Shown here: positions 28,748-38,646 of the stretch, piece by piece | Numbering within the stretch: the stretch's first letter is position 1 | Layout of the letters: each line of letters starts with the position of its first letter | Origin: Dehalococcoidia bacterium | Lineage (GTDB): Bacteria; Chloroflexota; Dehalococcoidia; Lucifugimonadales; UBA3495 | DNA: 64,000 nucleotides | Assembly: GCA_030740155.1 (NCBI GenBank) | Contig: JASLXV010000067.1 | Span: forward strand, 32,001-96,000 | Reading direction: 5' to 3' | Notes under the pieces: model-generated | Database searches by the model: none | The model's input: only the letters and a program-made list of their open reading frames with translations | What the model was told of the DNA's origin: nothing | Program-made: the position numbers and the translations under genes

Positions 28748-28795
28748 GTCTAACAGTGTCTTTTACGAGTTGTGTGCGGACGTGATACTATCGGC
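28748..28795 (-). mobile_element. Cassette-entry core site GTTAGAC with attI-like, non-hairpin upstream sequence
   Basis: Minus strand ...CGTAAAAGACACT-GTTAGAC, 66 bp before the start codon. Confidence 0.4.
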
Positions 28796-29066
28796 CTCCA
28801 TTAACGTGCGTCAAGGGGCCGATGTATCATGATAAACCGAGGATTCAGATCCCGTTAAGGCCGTCTTTGACGTGATGTGGTGGTTTGGGTATCGTCATGC
28901 CGCAACCGGCGTATTCGCGTGTGGGAGTTAAGAAGGACTTCCAAGTCCGACGCCTGAAGATTTCCAGCGGTGTCCCTTGACACCTCCTCCCGCTGCCCTG
29001 CCGTGTAGAGTATAATGTGTGAGCTAATCAGGGGAGAGGCCATCCTAACTAGGAACGGATTTATTC

Positions 29067-29870
29067 ATGAAGCTAGCGTTCATCGGCGGCGGCACCATGG
29101 CGGAGGCAATCTTCCAGGGTGTGCTTGCCGCCAAGCTGGCCGGCCCCGGCGACATCTGGGTCGGCGAACGCCTGGCCGGCCGGCGTGAGTACCTGTCACA
29201 GCAATACGGCGTCCACGTGGGTTCGGACAACGAAGAAGCTCTCCGGGACGCGGACCTGGTGCTCTTGGCCGTCAAGCCTCAAGACCTTGCCGCCGTATTT
29301 GGGCAGCTAAAGGGAAGGCTGGGCGCGGAGCAGTCGGCCCTCTCCATAGTGGCCGGTGTCAAGGTATCCACCCTGTCCGCCGGCCTGGGCCACGGAGCCA
29401 TTATCCGGGTCATGCCTAACACCCCGGCCCAGATCGGGTGCGGTATGAGCCTCTGGACCTGCTCCGGCGAGGTGCAAACACCCGCCCGCGATATGACTCG
29501 GTCTATTCTGGAAACCGTGGGTCAGGAGATCTACGTCGACGACGAGAAATACCTGGACATGGCCACGGCCTTGAGCGCCAGCGGGCCGGCCTACGTCTTC
29601 CTGGTCATCGAGGCGCTGATCGACGCCGGGGTCTACGTGGGCCTTCCCAGGGACATGTCCCGGACCCTGGCCCTACAGACCATATACGGGAGCACCAAGT
29701 TGGTCATGGAGACCGGGAAGCACCCCGGCGTGCTGAAGGACATGGTGGTCTCTCCCGGCGGCACCACTGCCGAGGGTCTACAGGCGCTGGAAAGGGCCGG
29801 TGTTCCGGGCGCTTTCGTCGAGGCGGTCAACGCGGCATATCAAAAATCCATCAAACTGGGCCAACAGTAG
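29067..29870 (+). CDS. proC: Pyrroline-5-carboxylate reductase
   Basis: FIGGGTMAEA, LAVKPQ, RVMPNTP, SASGPAY, VSPGGTT. Confidence 0.96.
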   Translation: MKLAFIGGGTMAEAIFQGVLAAKLAGPGDIWVGERLAGRREYLSQQYGVHVGSDNEEALRDADLVLLAVKPQDLAAVFGQLKGRLGAEQSALSIVAGVKVSTLSAGLGHGAIIRVMPNTPAQIGCGMSLWTCSGEVQTPARDMTRSILETVGQEIYVDDEKYLDMATALSASGPAYVFLVIEALIDAGVYVGLPRDMSRTLALQTIYGSTKLVMETGKHPGVLKDMVVSPGGTTAEGLQALERAGVPGAFVEAVNAAYQKSIKLGQQ

Positions 29871-29883
29871 CGGAGGATATCCT

Positions 29884-30147
29884 TTGGCAGGAATCATCAA
29901 CTCTGTACTCAACATCTTCACTCTGGTGATTTTCGCCAGGGTGATTCTCTCCTTCATCCTACCTCTGGCCGGGGCGCGGCCGAACCCGATTTTGCTCAGC
30001 GCCTACCAAATGATAAATCAGGTCACCGAGCCGGTACTCGGCCCGCTTCGCCGGGTCCTCCCGACCTTTGGGTCGTTCGATTTCAGCCCCATGGTGGCGC
30101 TCGTGGTCATATGGGTGATACGCGCGGAAGTGGTCAGCCGGTTGTAG
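29884..30147 (+). CDS. yggT: YggT family membrane protein
   Basis: VTEPVLGPLRRVLP..FDFSPMV; TTG start after GGAGGA. Confidence 0.9.
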   Translation: MAGIINSVLNIFTLVIFARVILSFILPLAGARPNPILLSAYQMINQVTEPVLGPLRRVLPTFGSFDFSPMVALVVIWVIRAEVVSRL

Positions 30148-30275
30148 GCTGACCGGGCAAGTCCGCTTGGGCCTTCAGCGGGCTTTCTCCTTTGCCCCGA
30201 AATGTTGCAGCCGCGGCTTAGTCGCCGCTAATCCGGTCGCATGGCGGGCGAGGCTGGCGGCGAGGTAGTATCCCC

Positions 30276-31196
30276 TTGGTTCGACAACCCGAGGTAGCCG
30301 TGGTGGTGGACAGCAGCAACTGTCTGCCGCCGGACCTGCTGACAAAGTGGCGCATAGCCTCCGTTCCCCACCAGCTGATTATCGGCCAGCGGACCTACCT
30401 CGACGGGGTGGATATCCAGCCCGGCCGGTTTTACCGGTTGCTCGAAGAGGAGCATCAATCCGCGTTTACGACCGCGGCTCCTCAGCCTCAACATTTTCTT
30501 GACGCTTTTCTGGAGGCCGGCCGGCGGGCGCCGAACGTCCTCTGCCTCACGCTCTCGGCTAATTTTAGCGCGACCTACCGTTCGGCCTGTGCCGCGTTGG
30601 AGTTGGCCGGGGGGAAATTGTCCGGCGTCAGGGTCGAGGTTGTCGACAGCCAGACCGCCGCTGGAGGGTTGGGCCTCATCGCTCTGGCCGCGGCGCGGTG
30701 GTCCTCCATGGGTCACAGCTTCGAGGAGGTGATCGCCGGCGTTCACCTCTTGGCGCCGAAGGTGAACCTGTTCGCCTTTCTGGATACCCTCCGCTACCTG
30801 AGCCGGGGCGGCCGGGCCCGCAAGCTTGGAGCCTGGGCGGGCACCTTGCTGGGGATCAAACCCCTGACCGAGTTGCGAATGGGCGAGGCCCGGATGGTGG
30901 GCCGGCCCCGGAACCGGGCCAAAGCCACCGCCGGTCTCTTGGAGCTGATGCGGGAACGGGTGGCCCGGGAGCCGGTGGTGGTCCCGGTGGTGGTCAATGT
31001 AGTGGAAGCCGGCGCTCCCGACGATGCCGCCGCGTTGGCCCGCCGCATCGAGGCCGAATTCAGCTGCCGGGAGCTTTTCGTCAGCCAGTTCACTCCGGTG
31101 ATGGGGCTGCACACGGGGCCCGGATTGCTGGGCGTGGCCTTCTACGTGGACGGCGCAATGGGCAGTCACCCAATTAAGCTTGAACGGGAAGCTTGA
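30276..31196 (+). CDS. DegV family fatty-acid-binding protein
   Basis: VVVDSSNCLP, YLDGVDI, VEVVDS, LDTLRYL.RGGR, LLGIKP, HTGPG. Confidence 0.92.
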   Translation: MVRQPEVAVVVDSSNCLPPDLLTKWRIASVPHQLIIGQRTYLDGVDIQPGRFYRLLEEEHQSAFTTAAPQPQHFLDAFLEAGRRAPNVLCLTLSANFSATYRSACAALELAGGKLSGVRVEVVDSQTAAGGLGLIALAAARWSSMGHSFEEVIAGVHLLAPKVNLFAFLDTLRYLSRGGRARKLGAWAGTLLGIKPLTELRMGEARMVGRPRNRAKATAGLLELMRERVAREPVVVPVVVNVVEAGAPDDAAALARRIEAEFSCRELFVSQFTPVMGLHTGPGLLGVAFYVDGAMGSHPIKLEREA

Positions 31197-31903
31197 CCGG
31201 ACCCGGCCACTGGTGTAGCGTCGGCAACGGGGCCGGCGCCAAAGCAGACGGGCGCAGACGGGCGTCACACCCGAGGGAAGAGCAAGCATTGCGGGACGTT
31301 GAGTTCTTGGCACAGGCCTTGGAACCCGCCGGGGGACTGGGCCCAACCCAGGGGACGGGCGGCCCCTTGCTGGTGGTGCTCAGCGGACTTCCCGGCACGG
31401 GCAAGTCCTATTTCGCCGGGGAGTTGACCCGTTTGGTCCCCTTCCAGGTCTTGGGAAGCGACCAAATCCGCAAGCTCTTGGCACCGAAGCCCAGATACAT
31501 TCCGAGTGAACACGCCCGCGTGTTCGGGTCCTGCCACCGGCTCATCGAGAACTACCTGGCCCTGGGCTGCCGGGTGCTGTACGACGCGACCAACCTGACG
31601 AAACCCTCCCGGCGGCCCCTGCACCGGATCTGCGAGCGCCTGGCCGTCCCCCTGGTCCTGGTAAGGTTCACCGCGCCGCGGGAGACGGTCCGGCGGCGGC
31701 TGGCGAAGCGGGCCGTGAAGCCGCGCCCCGGCGACTACTCGGACGCGGACTGGCAAATATACTGCAGGCTGTCTTCCAGTGAAGAGCCGGTCAGTGGGCC
31801 CCACTATACCGTCGATTCATCGGCCGGCTTCTCTTCGGTGCTGGCCGAAATTGCCCGCCTGGCCGGGGCAGCCCACGCCCTTCGGGAGAGGGAGCGAGGG
31901 TGA
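31193..31903 (+). CDS. P-loop kinase-like protein (AAA_33 type); true start may be TTG 31289
   Basis: SGLPGTGKS, SDQIRK, YDATN, SDAD motifs. Confidence 0.8.
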   Translation: MTGPGHWCSVGNGAGAKADGRRRASHPREEQALRDVEFLAQALEPAGGLGPTQGTGGPLLVVLSGLPGTGKSYFAGELTRLVPFQVLGSDQIRKLLAPKPRYIPSEHARVFGSCHRLIENYLALGCRVLYDATNLTKPSRRPLHRICERLAVPLVLVRFTAPRETVRRRLAKRAVKPRPGDYSDADWQIYCRLSSSEEPVSGPHYTVDSSAGFSSVLAEIARLAGAAHALRERERG

Positions 31904-31950
31904 GGGCCTCCCCCTGGTCTCGCGAGAACCTACGAGGAAACGAGCAAGAT

Positions 31951-33465
31951 ATGGAAATAATTTTCAAGACCGGCGACATAACCGGCATCGACACCCCCGC
32001 CCTGGTTGTCAACCTGTTCCAGGGTGTGTCCCAACCCGGAGGGGCCACCGGCGCGGTGGACCAGGCGCTGGACGGCGCCATAAGCCGGCTGATCCAGGAC
32101 GGCGAGATCAAAGGCAAGCCGGGGGAGATCAGCTTGATTCACACCCTTGGCAAGATCGGACCGGTCCGGGTGGTCGTGGCCGGACTCGGACCGGCGGAGG
32201 GTTTCGACGCCCAGGCGGTGCGCCGGGTCTCCGGAAGCGTGCTCCGCTTTCTGCGGCATCGGGGCATCCGCCGGGCGGCGACCATTGCCCACGGCGCCGG
32301 GATCGGCGGCCTGGACCCCCAAGCTTCGGGGCAGGCCATCGCCGAGGGCGCCCTGCTGGGCCTCTACCGGTTCGGCATCTACCTCTCCAACGCGGCGGTA
32401 GCGCCCGCGGACTTCGAGGAGTTGACGATTGTCGACCGGGATTCCGGTACGGCCTCCGCCCTCGAGTTGGGGGTGGCCCGCGGGAAGGTAATGGCGGATG
32501 CGACGATACTGGCCAGGGACATGGTTAACGAGCCGGCCAACGTCATGACTCCCACCAGGATGGCGGAGGTCGCCGGTTCCGTCGCTGACGCGGGAGGGCT
32601 CTCCCTCACCATTTTGGAAGCCTCGGAGATGCGGGAATTAGGCATGGGCGCGCTGCTGGGAGTGGCTCAGGGCAGCGACCAACCGCCCAAGCTGATCGTC
32701 CTGAATTACACCGGCGACCCGGACAACCCGGCCAACAACCTAGGGCTGGTGGGCAAGGGGATCACCTTCGATACCGGAGGCATATCTTTGAAGCAACCCG
32801 GCGGTATGGAGGCAATGAAAGGCGACATGGCCGGCGGAGCTTCGGTGATCGCCGCCATGCAGGCGATAGGGCGGCTCAAGCCCGCGATCAACGTGACCGG
32901 CATCATCGCGGCCTCCGAAAACATGCCCGGCGGCTCGGCCCAGCGGCCCGGCGACGTGGTGCGGGCGATGAACGGCAAGACCATCGAAGTCATCAACACC
33001 GACGCCGAGGGCCGCTTGGTGCTGGCCGACGCCCTCTGCTACGCCCGCGGCCAGGGACTCACCCGGCTGGTGGACGTGGCCACGCTGACCGGGGCGATGG
33101 TGACCACCCTGGGCAAGGTCTGTACCGGCGTCATGGGCAACAAGCAGGGACTCATCGACCAGATTATCGCGGCGGGCCGGACGGCAGGGGAGAAGTTCTG
33201 GCAATTGCCCATGTTCGAGGAGTACAAGGACCTGATCAAGAGCGACGTGGCGGACATGAAGAACAGCGGCGGACGCCAGGCCGGTTCCATCAGCGCCGCC
33301 TTCCTGCTCGCCGAGTTTGCGGGCGACGCTGCTTGGGTGCACCTGGACATCGCCGGCACCTCGACATCGGAGAGAACCAAAGGTTACCAGATCAAAGGCG
33401 CCACCGGCACCCCGGCTCGCACCCTGGCCCAACTGGCCCTGCATCTGTCGGAAGAAGAAAACTGA
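31951..33465 (+). CDS. pepA: Leucyl aminopeptidase (M17)
   Basis: VGKGITFDTGGISLK, MKGDMAG, NTDAEGRLVLAD, ATLTGA, WVHLDIAG. Confidence 0.96.
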   Translation: MEIIFKTGDITGIDTPALVVNLFQGVSQPGGATGAVDQALDGAISRLIQDGEIKGKPGEISLIHTLGKIGPVRVVVAGLGPAEGFDAQAVRRVSGSVLRFLRHRGIRRAATIAHGAGIGGLDPQASGQAIAEGALLGLYRFGIYLSNAAVAPADFEELTIVDRDSGTASALELGVARGKVMADATILARDMVNEPANVMTPTRMAEVAGSVADAGGLSLTILEASEMRELGMGALLGVAQGSDQPPKLIVLNYTGDPDNPANNLGLVGKGITFDTGGISLKQPGGMEAMKGDMAGGASVIAAMQAIGRLKPAINVTGIIAASENMPGGSAQRPGDVVRAMNGKTIEVINTDAEGRLVLADALCYARGQGLTRLVDVATLTGAMVTTLGKVCTGVMGNKQGLIDQIIAAGRTAGEKFWQLPMFEEYKDLIKSDVADMKNSGGRQAGSISAAFLLAEFAGDAAWVHLDIAGTSTSERTKGYQIKGATGTPARTLAQLALHLSEEEN

Positions 33466-33692
33466 GAGCCTAGCCCTGCCAACCTGTGCCAAGCTTCATA
33501 ACCCTGAATTTGGAGAGCTTTGCGACGCGACATCCCCTTGCTAATAGAGGGATACAGGGGATTCTGTTCATCAACAACGCCTGGAATTATTTTCGCCCTC
33601 TATGCTGCGATCAATAACACCAAACCCTTGGTCCTCGTTGTTCGACTGCCGGGCAACCTGGAGGGCCTTCGGTCCACCTATCCAGCCCGGGG

Positions 33693-33721
33693 TTGACAAC
33701 GCTGCCTCCGCGCCTTAGGAT
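33693..33721 (+). promoter_or_regulatory. Sigma-70 promoter candidate for the MFS gene
   Basis: TTGACA-17bp-TAGGAT. Confidence 0.55.
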
Positions 33722-33841
33722 ACTCAACATGGTTAAGTATGCTGAGGCTGGCGCGGGCGATTTATCTCGGACCGCCGATGGTCCGAGGAGCGCCTGCTTT
33801 CGGCGGCAGCCAGTACCGGGGTTCAGGCGGGGGTCCGGCGG

Positions 33842-35110
33842 GTGAGCAGCGCCGAGGCCCAGCGATACTCCGACCTTCCAAAGAGTTACCACGTCTGGAA
33901 ATGGCGGGTCCTGCTCGTCTTCTGTGGATTCTACATTTTCCTGTACCTGGGTCGCTTCAACTTCTGGCCGGTATCTCCGCTGGTAAAAGCGGACCTGGAT
34001 CTCAGCAACGTTGAGATCGGCCTGATAAACGCGATGCTCCTCTGGGGCTTTGGGCTGGGGGACCTGGTCCACGGCCGGCTGGCCGAGGCCTACGGCCTTC
34101 GATTGTGGGTGCTGCTCGGGGCGGTCCTGACCACGGTTCTCAACTGGATCACCAGCTTCGCCACCTCCCCGGTCACCATGGCCATCCCCTGGGGCATCGC
34201 TGGATTCGTTAACGCCGCCTGCTGGAGCCCCGGCATAAGCATGGTCTCCCAGTGGTGGCCCCGGCGCGACCGGGGCATGGCCATGGGGTTCGTGGGGACG
34301 GCCGCCGGCGGGGCTATGCTGATGATGTGGTGGATCAGCGGATCGGTGGGCGCCGAGTTCGGGTGGCGGGCCGCCTTCCGCTACCCGCCTCTGATCATCG
34401 CGGTTCTTGGGATAGCGGTCTACTTCCTGGCCCGGGACCGGCCCACCGACGTTGGTCTGCCCGAATACGTGGAGGAAGACCAGGTGTCCGCCGCGCCGGA
34501 GGCGGTGGCGTCGGAGCGCCTCCGGGGCCTGGGGCCCTACAAAGAGCTGCTCTCCAACCCCCGCTTTCTGCTGGCCAGTCACGTAAAGGGCCTGGAAAAC
34601 GTGGTGCGCTACGGGCTGACCACCTGGGTCCCCATCTACTACTTTGAAGAAGGCGGGCTGTCGATCGAGTCCACCGTCCTGCTGACCATCCTGCTGCCTT
34701 TGGGGTACCTGGTCGCGCCGCCCCTGTCCGGCATCGTCTCCGACCGGCTGCTGCACAGCGCCCGGCGGCCCATGGTCCTTTTTTCCTGCGCCGCCAGCAC
34801 GGTGGTGCTGGTCGCCATCGCCTTCGCGCCTCCCGTGAACGTCACTTTGGGGGCGGCACTGCTCTTGCTGGGTGGGATCTCGATGGGACTATCGCCCATG
34901 TCCACGGTGGCGGTGGACATCGCCGGACGGCGCATGTCCGGGACCTCCTCCGGTTTGCTGGACGCCCATGGGTATGCCTATGCCGGAATGCAGGCCATCG
35001 TCTTCAGCATCGTCCTGGACATGGCTGGCAGTCCCTGGCCGATTGTCTTCCTGGCGATGGCCGGGACCAGGATCGTTTCCGCCGCGATGATCGCCAAGGT
35101 CAAGGTGTAG
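33842..35110 (+). CDS. MFS transporter, GlpT/UhpC (organophosphate:Pi antiporter)-like
   Basis: YLGRFNF, WWPRRDRGMAMG, RDRPTDVGLP, about 12 hydrophobic segments. Confidence 0.82.
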   Translation: MSSAEAQRYSDLPKSYHVWKWRVLLVFCGFYIFLYLGRFNFWPVSPLVKADLDLSNVEIGLINAMLLWGFGLGDLVHGRLAEAYGLRLWVLLGAVLTTVLNWITSFATSPVTMAIPWGIAGFVNAACWSPGISMVSQWWPRRDRGMAMGFVGTAAGGAMLMMWWISGSVGAEFGWRAAFRYPPLIIAVLGIAVYFLARDRPTDVGLPEYVEEDQVSAAPEAVASERLRGLGPYKELLSNPRFLLASHVKGLENVVRYGLTTWVPIYYFEEGGLSIESTVLLTILLPLGYLVAPPLSGIVSDRLLHSARRPMVLFSCAASTVVLVAIAFAPPVNVTLGAALLLLGGISMGLSPMSTVAVDIAGRRMSGTSSGLLDAHGYAYAGMQAIVFSIVLDMAGSPWPIVFLAMAGTRIVSAAMIAKVKV

Positions 35111-35369
35111 CACGGCTCTGCCTTCAGCTTCGCCCGCCCTTTCCTCAGGGCCGCCCGCCCAAAACGGGTGCCGGGCGATGGCCAACGTCAGGTTCGGCGG
35201 CCCACCATGCGGCGAGGTAACACGCCCAGCCGCTTTCCTTTCCGCTGCGTCGTTCTCACTTGTCCCAATCTTGCGCATGGCCGGGACTGCGAATATTTGG
35301 TCTTGACAACCGATATCAACATGCCGCAATATTTAAGCGCAACCAATTGCAGAAGAGTTTGGTTACACG

Positions 35370-35810
35370 GTGAACCACGAACTAGCCGTAGAGGCTCTCA
35401 GAGACAAAGGGTACCGGCTCACCCCCCAGCGGCTCATCGTCCTCTCCACAGTGGCGGAGGGCGCCGGGCACATGGGGGTGGATGAGGTATTCAGGCGGGC
35501 TAAGGAAGCCTATCCCTATATGGACATCGCCACGGTGTACCGGACCCTCCACCTGTTTCGAGATCTGGGGGTGATGACGGAGGTGGCCATTGGGGACCGG
35601 CTTCACTACGAGTTGACCGGCCCCCAGGGGCGCCACCACCACATGGTTTGCCGGGTCTGCAACGGGGCCTTCGACCTCAGCCCCCACTACCTGGAGGAGT
35701 TCCGGAAGACACTGAACCGGGAATTCGGATTCGAGCCTGACCTGGATCACTTCACCGTGTCCGGTGTCTGTGCCGATTGCTGCTCTGAAGAGAAGCGTCG
35801 ACAAGCATAA
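35370..35810 (+). CDS. Fur-family transcriptional regulator
   Basis: GYRLTPQR, IATVYRTL, HHHMVCRVC, GVCADC. Confidence 0.92.
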   Translation: MNHELAVEALRDKGYRLTPQRLIVLSTVAEGAGHMGVDEVFRRAKEAYPYMDIATVYRTLHLFRDLGVMTEVAIGDRLHYELTGPQGRHHHMVCRVCNGAFDLSPHYLEEFRKTLNREFGFEPDLDHFTVSGVCADCCSEEKRRQA

Positions 35811-35839
35811 AGAGTCAACCCCACTGAACGGGTGATAGT

Positions 35840-36580
35840 ATGGAAGAGAGACTGGCCGAGCTTGGCCTGTTCGCAGCCCTGGGCCTGGGTGTGGTTCTTG
35901 GTCTGAGACACTCCCTGGACCCCGACCATGTGGTAGCGGTATCCACTATCGTCAGTGAGTATCGAAACCCCATGAAATCCTTTTGGGTGGGTATTTCCTG
36001 GGGCTTCGGGCACACCACAACTCTCTTCTTGCTGGGCATCGTGATCATCGCTCTTCGCCTGACCATACCCGACCGCCTGGCCTTGCTCCTGGAGTTTGGC
36101 GTGGGAGTCATGCTGGTCGGTCTTGGGGCCCAGGTTATCTACAACTTCCGGAAGAAAAGGGTGCATCAGCACGAACACGGCCACGTGGAGAGTGAGCATC
36201 AACATTACCACTCCCATGCTCAGAACCCTGTGCCCGTCCAGGAGCACCACCAAATCCTGGGCGTTGGCAAGCCATTCTTGAGGAAGAAATCCTACTTTAT
36301 AGGGATGGTTCAAGGCGTGGCGGGAACCGCCGCCCTGACTCTGCTGGTGTTGGCTTCCATCGAAAATCCGATAACCGGCATGGTGTACCTCTTGCTATTC
36401 GGAGTAGGCTCGGTGCTGAGCATGGGCATGATGACCATCTTGATCAGCCTGCCCTTTGTCTTCTCGGCCAACCGCCTGCCCAATTTGAACCGGTTTGTCC
36501 AGTTCGGCACGGGGACCCTGAGCATCCTTATTGGCTTCGGCTTGATGTACAAGATCGGGTTCGTTGACGGCCTCTTCTAG
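35840..36580 (+). CDS. UreH/NiCoT-like nickel/cobalt membrane protein
   Basis: LGLRHSLDPDH, WGFGH, His-rich loop HQHEHGH..HQHYHSH, GMVQGVAGTA. Confidence 0.82.
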   Translation: MEERLAELGLFAALGLGVVLGLRHSLDPDHVVAVSTIVSEYRNPMKSFWVGISWGFGHTTTLFLLGIVIIALRLTIPDRLALLLEFGVGVMLVGLGAQVIYNFRKKRVHQHEHGHVESEHQHYHSHAQNPVPVQEHHQILGVGKPFLRKKSYFIGMVQGVAGTAALTLLVLASIENPITGMVYLLLFGVGSVLSMGMMTILISLPFVFSANRLPNLNRFVQFGTGTLSILIGFGLMYKIGFVDGLF

Positions 36581-37241
36581 GCGGGGCCTTCGCCGGTATC
36601 TCCTTACTGGACCGGCCAGGCCGAGTACCTCCGCGCAAGAAAAATGTGACGAGGGCCATCGCCCTGAAAATGGCACTCTGTAACGGCCAGGCTAATCCTG
36701 GCGAAGATAGAAATCAAGTGGTATTGCCCCTCGTAGTTCTCCCTGTCACGGGCCGTGGCGGGCCAGAGGTTGATGCGCATTTGACAATATGCTTGCTCCT
36801 CAGTGGACCGGAGACTCAAGCTGATGGGCGAGCGTTTCACCATTCCGGAAGCGATCTTCGGAAAACTTCGTCGATCGTCGAGTAGGCGCGCTTGCTTTCG
36901 CCGGTCCCCTTGTGTACCCTATTCGTGGTCAATGCCCAGCCAAATAACCGGACAACTGGAAATCGTCTTGGGTGGTAGCAAAATCTCCACCAAGCCGGGT
37001 TTAGACGCTTCGTGGAGTAACGATTGATCTTCTCAAGGAAGAACGAACGGTTCATGATGACGGAAGTCGTGTCCCGTTCGGCCCTCTCTCCGTCTTCGCC
37101 GGAGCGATCTCTGGCCATGCCACCGCCCTGGCGGAACCCTCGCGGTGAGGCCTTATCCACATTTGGATCAGAGTCAATCATGCCTCTGCGACTTCGTTCG
37201 AGAAGTGCCTTGGGGAAACGCAGCATGCGGCCTAAACAGAC

Positions 37242-38510
37242 ATGAAGCCAACGGGCCCAGCGGAAACCCGAAGAGCGCGAAATTCAGGCCTTTCCCGCAC
37301 CTTCTCCGCTCTTCAAAATAAAGACTTCCGGTATCTCTGGGTCGGCAGCGCCTTCATCAGCGCCGGGAACCAGGTCCAGCAGATCGCCATGGGCTGGTTG
37401 GTGCTCCAGCTAACGGATTCGCCGTTCTGGGTGGGCGTTGTACTCGGGGTACGGGCGTTGCCCATTCTTCTCGTAGGTCCCCTGGCCGGGGTCGCTATCG
37501 ACCGGCTGGACCGGAAGAAGCTCTTTCTAACAGCTCAGGCGGCTCTCGTCGTCATGGCGTTCCTTTTTGCCGTCGATGTGCAGGTGGACAGGGTTACGGA
37601 ATTGCACGCCCTCCTCTTCAGTTTCCTGCTGGGGCTGGACTCGGCGTTGAGCCAGCCGGTGCGGCAGGCATTGATCGTCAATACCGTGCCGGAGGAAGAC
37701 CTGACCAACGCCATCGCCCTCAATAACTCGGCTAATGGAGTTACTCAAAGCATTGCCCCCTTGATTAGCGGGACGATGATTGCGGTGATGGGGGTCTCCG
37801 GCAACTTCTTCATTCAGAGTGCCGCTTATCTGGCGGTGTTCCTAATCATCCTGCCCATGAAGACACCCTACCGGCGAGGGGCGGCCGAGCGGACGACGGT
37901 GGTGAAGAACCTTGTGGAAGGTGTACGGCACGTCCGGAGCGACACGATCCTGTTGTTGCTGATAATCCTGGTCTTCATACCATCCTTGTTTGTCCACTCG
38001 ACTCAAAACCTACTGTCGGTGTTCGCGGTGGATGTGTTCCACGGCGGGGCGGTGGAGCTGGGGGCATTGGGCGCGGCGATGGGGATAGGCTCTCTGATGG
38101 CCACCTTCGCCATCGCCGCCCTGGGCGATTATCAGTCCAGGGGCAGGATCAACACGGGGTCGATTATCCTGGTGACCTTGGCCCTCACTTTCTTCGGGAT
38201 AACGTCCCATTTTGGCAGCCTGGGTGTATCCCTGGTCGTTATTGGAGTAATGGGTTTCTTCAACACCAGTTTTCGGCTGGTGAACAACGCCCTGGTACAG
38301 TCCAGAACTCCCGATGCGCTGCGCGGCCGGGTTACCAGCATATACGTGATGGACCATGGCTTCCAGCCTCTGGGCAGCCTTGTGCTGGGGGCGCTGGCCG
38401 AAGAAGGGGTCCTGGGTGTGAAGAACGCCGTGGTTTTGGCGGGGGTTGTGGCCATAGCGGTGACGGTCTTCATTGGCCTTCGGTTCCGGCAGCTGTGGAG
38501 CCTCAAGTAG
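37242..38510 (+). CDS. MFS transporter (MFS_3/DHA3-like)
   Basis: FRYLWVG, WLVLQLTDSP, DRLDRKK, TNAIALN, PDALRGRV. Confidence 0.88.
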   Translation: MKPTGPAETRRARNSGLSRTFSALQNKDFRYLWVGSAFISAGNQVQQIAMGWLVLQLTDSPFWVGVVLGVRALPILLVGPLAGVAIDRLDRKKLFLTAQAALVVMAFLFAVDVQVDRVTELHALLFSFLLGLDSALSQPVRQALIVNTVPEEDLTNAIALNNSANGVTQSIAPLISGTMIAVMGVSGNFFIQSAAYLAVFLIILPMKTPYRRGAAERTTVVKNLVEGVRHVRSDTILLLLIILVFIPSLFVHSTQNLLSVFAVDVFHGGAVELGALGAAMGIGSLMATFAIAALGDYQSRGRINTGSIILVTLALTFFGITSHFGSLGVSLVVIGVMGFFNTSFRLVNNALVQSRTPDALRGRVTSIYVMDHGFQPLGSLVLGALAEEGVLGVKNAVVLAGVVAIAVTVFIGLRFRQLWSLK

Positions 38511-38646
38511 GGCGTTTCCGATCCCCATTGGCGAGGGCCACCACCCTGAAAGTGGCGCCCAGCAAGTACCTCGCTAATCCCGACGATATTTGAAATATGG
38601 TTGTTCAATTGGCAAACAATAAACGGATGTTTCGAGGAGGTACCGC

